From: Armatimonadota bacterium
GTDB taxonomy: Bacteria; Armatimonadota; Fimbriimonadia; Fimbriimonadales; GBS-DC
Direction of reading: 5' to 3'
Assembly (NCBI GenBank): GCA_037444405.1
Contig: JBBIML010000011.1
Coordinates: forward strand, 1-64,000
Length of the DNA stretch: 64,000 bases
Positions 62,009 to 64,000 of this stretch are shown one piece after another (within the stretch, counting starts at the first letter, position 1; each line of letters begins with the position of its first letter). The notes under the pieces are model-generated. The model did no database searches. It saw only the letters and a list, made by a program, of their open reading frames with translations, and was not told the origin of the DNA. Made by a program: the position numbers and the translations under genes.

Positions 62009-62421
62009 AGCCAATCCCGGAAAATCGTCGTTGGGTCGAGCAGGGCAAACCGAATCAGTCGCCTCAGCGCATATCGAACGAGTCGATTATAGAGATCGAT
62101 CTTCTTGCTGATGAACTGCTCGCCCTGTTGACGGAGCAACAGGGGCAGGTGCTGGAAGCGGGTGCGCCACTGCTCTTTGCTCGCTATGAGGGCACATGTC
62201 CTGCCTGTCTGCAACCGATTCAACGGGGCGCGCTGATCACGCGCCACGCTCGAAGCGGACGCTGGGTGCATGTGGACTGCCTGAACGCTCCCGTTCAGCA
62301 CAGCATTCTTGCCCGCTATGAAGGCTTCTGCCGCATCTGCCGCCAGACGATCGCCGTCGGCGAACCCATCACCCGCGACACCAACCGCGGCTGGGTTCAC
62401 CTGCGCTGTGTGCAGGGTTGA
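62005..62421 (+). CDS. Tandem zinc-finger protein (two C-x2-C-x19/20-H-x2-C units)
   Basis: ARYEGTCPAC...WVHVDC and ARYEGFCRIC...WVHLRC; ATGA overlap with the JAB-E1 stop. Confidence 0.75.
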   Translation: MKPIPENRRWVEQGKPNQSPQRISNESIIEIDLLADELLALLTEQQGQVLEAGAPLLFARYEGTCPACLQPIQRGALITRHARSGRWVHVDCLNAPVQHSILARYEGFCRICRQTIAVGEPITRDTNRGWVHLRCVQG

Positions 62422-62454
62422 TTCCCGCATCACGGGTAAGGTATCCTGCTCTCT

Positions 62455-64000
62455 ATGCAAACTGTTCGGCGTTGCGACCTCCTGCTGCGAGGCGGCACTC
62501 TGTACGACGGCACAGGCGCACCCGCTCAGCGTGGGGATATTGCCATTCGGGACGACCGAATCGTCGCGATGGGCGCGCTGGACGACTGGGAGGCGGGCAT
62601 GGTGGTGGATGTGGCGGGGCTATGCGTGGCGCCCGCCTTCATCGACATCCACACACATTCCGACTTCTCCCTGCCACACCATCCCGAACAGCTGAGCGTG
62701 CTGTATCAGGGCGTGGGCACGCAGGTGGTCGGCAACTGCGGGCTGGGCGTCGCTCAAACCGACACCACCCCCATCTTCCAGCAGGAGCAGCGCTGGCTCA
62801 AGCCTTATGGCGCGGAGATCAACTGGAACAGTTTCGCCGAGCATCTGCGCCAGCTGGAGGAGCGCGGCGTCGGCACCAATGTGATTTTCCTCTGTGCGCA
62901 TGGCACACTGCGCAAGAAAGTGATGGGCTTCGATCAGCGTCGTCCCATGCCCGCCGAACTCGAAGCGATGAAGCGTGAGGTGGCGACCTGCATGGAGGCG
63001 GGCGCGTGGGGACTCTCCACCGGGCTGGAGTATGTGCCCGGCTGCTACGCCGACACGCAGGAGCTGATTGAGCTGGCGACGGTCGCGGCGCAGTACGGTG
63101 GATTCTACGCCACCCATCTGCGCAGCGAGGGCGACCACCTGATTGAGAGCGTGGCGGAAGCCATCGAGATTGCCGAACGCGCCGAACTGCCCCTGCAGCT
63201 ATCGCACCACAAAGCCGAAGGACGCGCCAACTGGGGCAAGGTCAAGCAAACGCTACAGATGGTCTCCGATTCAGTCAAGCAGGGGCTGGATGTGATGCTC
63301 GATGTCTACCCCTACACGGCGTACCAGACCTCGATGGGTGTCGCCTGCCTGCCGAGCTGGGTGCTGAACGGCGAGCCGCAGGCAGTGTATGAGCGCCTGC
63401 GCGACCCTGCAACCCGCGAACGCATCGTGCAGGAGATGCGCGAGCGGCACGACGACTGGAACAGCATCGTGATTGGCTCCGTCGCGGGTAATCGGTCTCT
63501 GCAGGGGCTGACCGTTGCGGAAGCCGCCGCCGCTGTTAGTCAATCACCTGAAGAGTTCGTGATTGACCTGCTGCTGGAGCATGGTCTCTATGTGGGCGTC
63601 GCCTGCTTCCATCTGAGCGAGGATGACCTGCGCATGGTGCTGCGCTATCCGCTCACAATGATTGGCTCCGATGGCGTCGGCTACGACCCGCAAAAGATGA
63701 GCGCGGAACGCCCCCACCCGCGCAGTTATGGCACTTTCCCGCGCGTGATCCGACGCTATGTGCGCGAAGAGGGGCTGCTGACGCTGGAGGAAGCCATCTT
63801 CAAGATGACGGGGCTGCCCGCTGCCCGACTGGGACTCACGGATCGCGGCACCCTGCATGCAGGCGCGTATGCCGATATTGTGGTGTTCGATGATGCCCGA
63901 ATCGCCGACCGCGCCACCTTCCGTGAGCCGCACCAGCTGTCCGAAGGCGTGGTCCATCTCATCCTCAACGGGCGCTGGGTGCTGAGCGACGGGCAGTTCA
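62455..64000 (+). CDS. N-acyl-D-amino-acid deacylase (amidohydrolase); partial, runs off the right edge
   Basis: Manual translation: MQTVRRCDLLLRGGTLYDGTG...APAFIDIHTHSD...GNCG...GLSTGLEY...HLRSE...SHHK...IGSDG...PHPRSYGTFPR; absent from the ORF track. Confidence 0.92.
   Translation, partial: MQTVRRCDLLLRGGTLYDGTGAPAQRGDIAIRDDRIVAMGALDDWEAGMVVDVAGLCVAPAFIDIHTHSDFSLPHHPEQLSVLYQGVGTQVVGNCGLGVAQTDTTPIFQQEQRWLKPYGAEINWNSFAEHLRQLEERGVGTNVIFLCAHGTLRKKVMGFDQRRPMPAELEAMKREVATCMEAGAWGLSTGLEYVPGCYADTQELIELATVAAQYGGFYATHLRSEGDHLIESVAEAIEIAERAELPLQLSHHKAEGRANWGKVKQTLQMVSDSVKQGLDVMLDVYPYTAYQTSMGVACLPSWVLNGEPQAVYERLRDPATRERIVQEMRERHDDWNSIVIGSVAGNRSLQGLTVAEAAAAVSQSPEEFVIDLLLEHGLYVGVACFHLSEDDLRMVLRYPLTMIGSDGVGYDPQKMSAERPHPRSYGTFPRVIRRYVREEGLLTLEEAIFKMTGLPAARLGLTDRGTLHAGAYADIVVFDDARIADRATFREPHQLSEGVVHLILNGRWVLSDGQF

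Overview
This 64 kb window is GC-rich bacterial chromosome, densely coding, with no rRNA, tRNA, CRISPR array, integrase or transposase that I could recognise. Gene content and style suggest a diderm, probably thermophilic organism such as an Armatimonadota member (inference only). Housekeeping genes include ctaA, an aldehyde dehydrogenase, ahcY, csaB, ltaE, trmB, nrnA, truB, apgM, glyS, groES/groEL, rdgB and acs. Accessory blocks are a vapBC-type toxin-antitoxin pair, an AT-rich adenine-methyltransferase/endonuclease pair, a GH18-deacetylase-GT2 polysaccharide synthase, and a type IV pilus/T2SS cluster (exeA-HTH-pilMNOPQ-pilB-HDOD, plus a separate pilT). Two loci stand out. (1) At 59837-62421, a four-gene ubiquitin-like conjugation operon: a 66-aa Thr/Pro-rich protein ending in Gly (not called separately in the ORF track), a Cys-bearing prokaryotic E2, a JAB-E1 fusion with Tyr rather than Cys in the crossover loop, and a tandem zinc-finger protein. 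(2) At 47620-54991, a clade II nitrous oxide reductase cluster in which NosB, NosD, NosF and NosY are one 1273-aa reading frame. Other patterns are many -10 boxes 6-10 nt before start codons (probable leaderless mRNAs) and several families of palindromic repeats, one of which is translated inside pilO. All calls come from motif recognition; no database searches were run.
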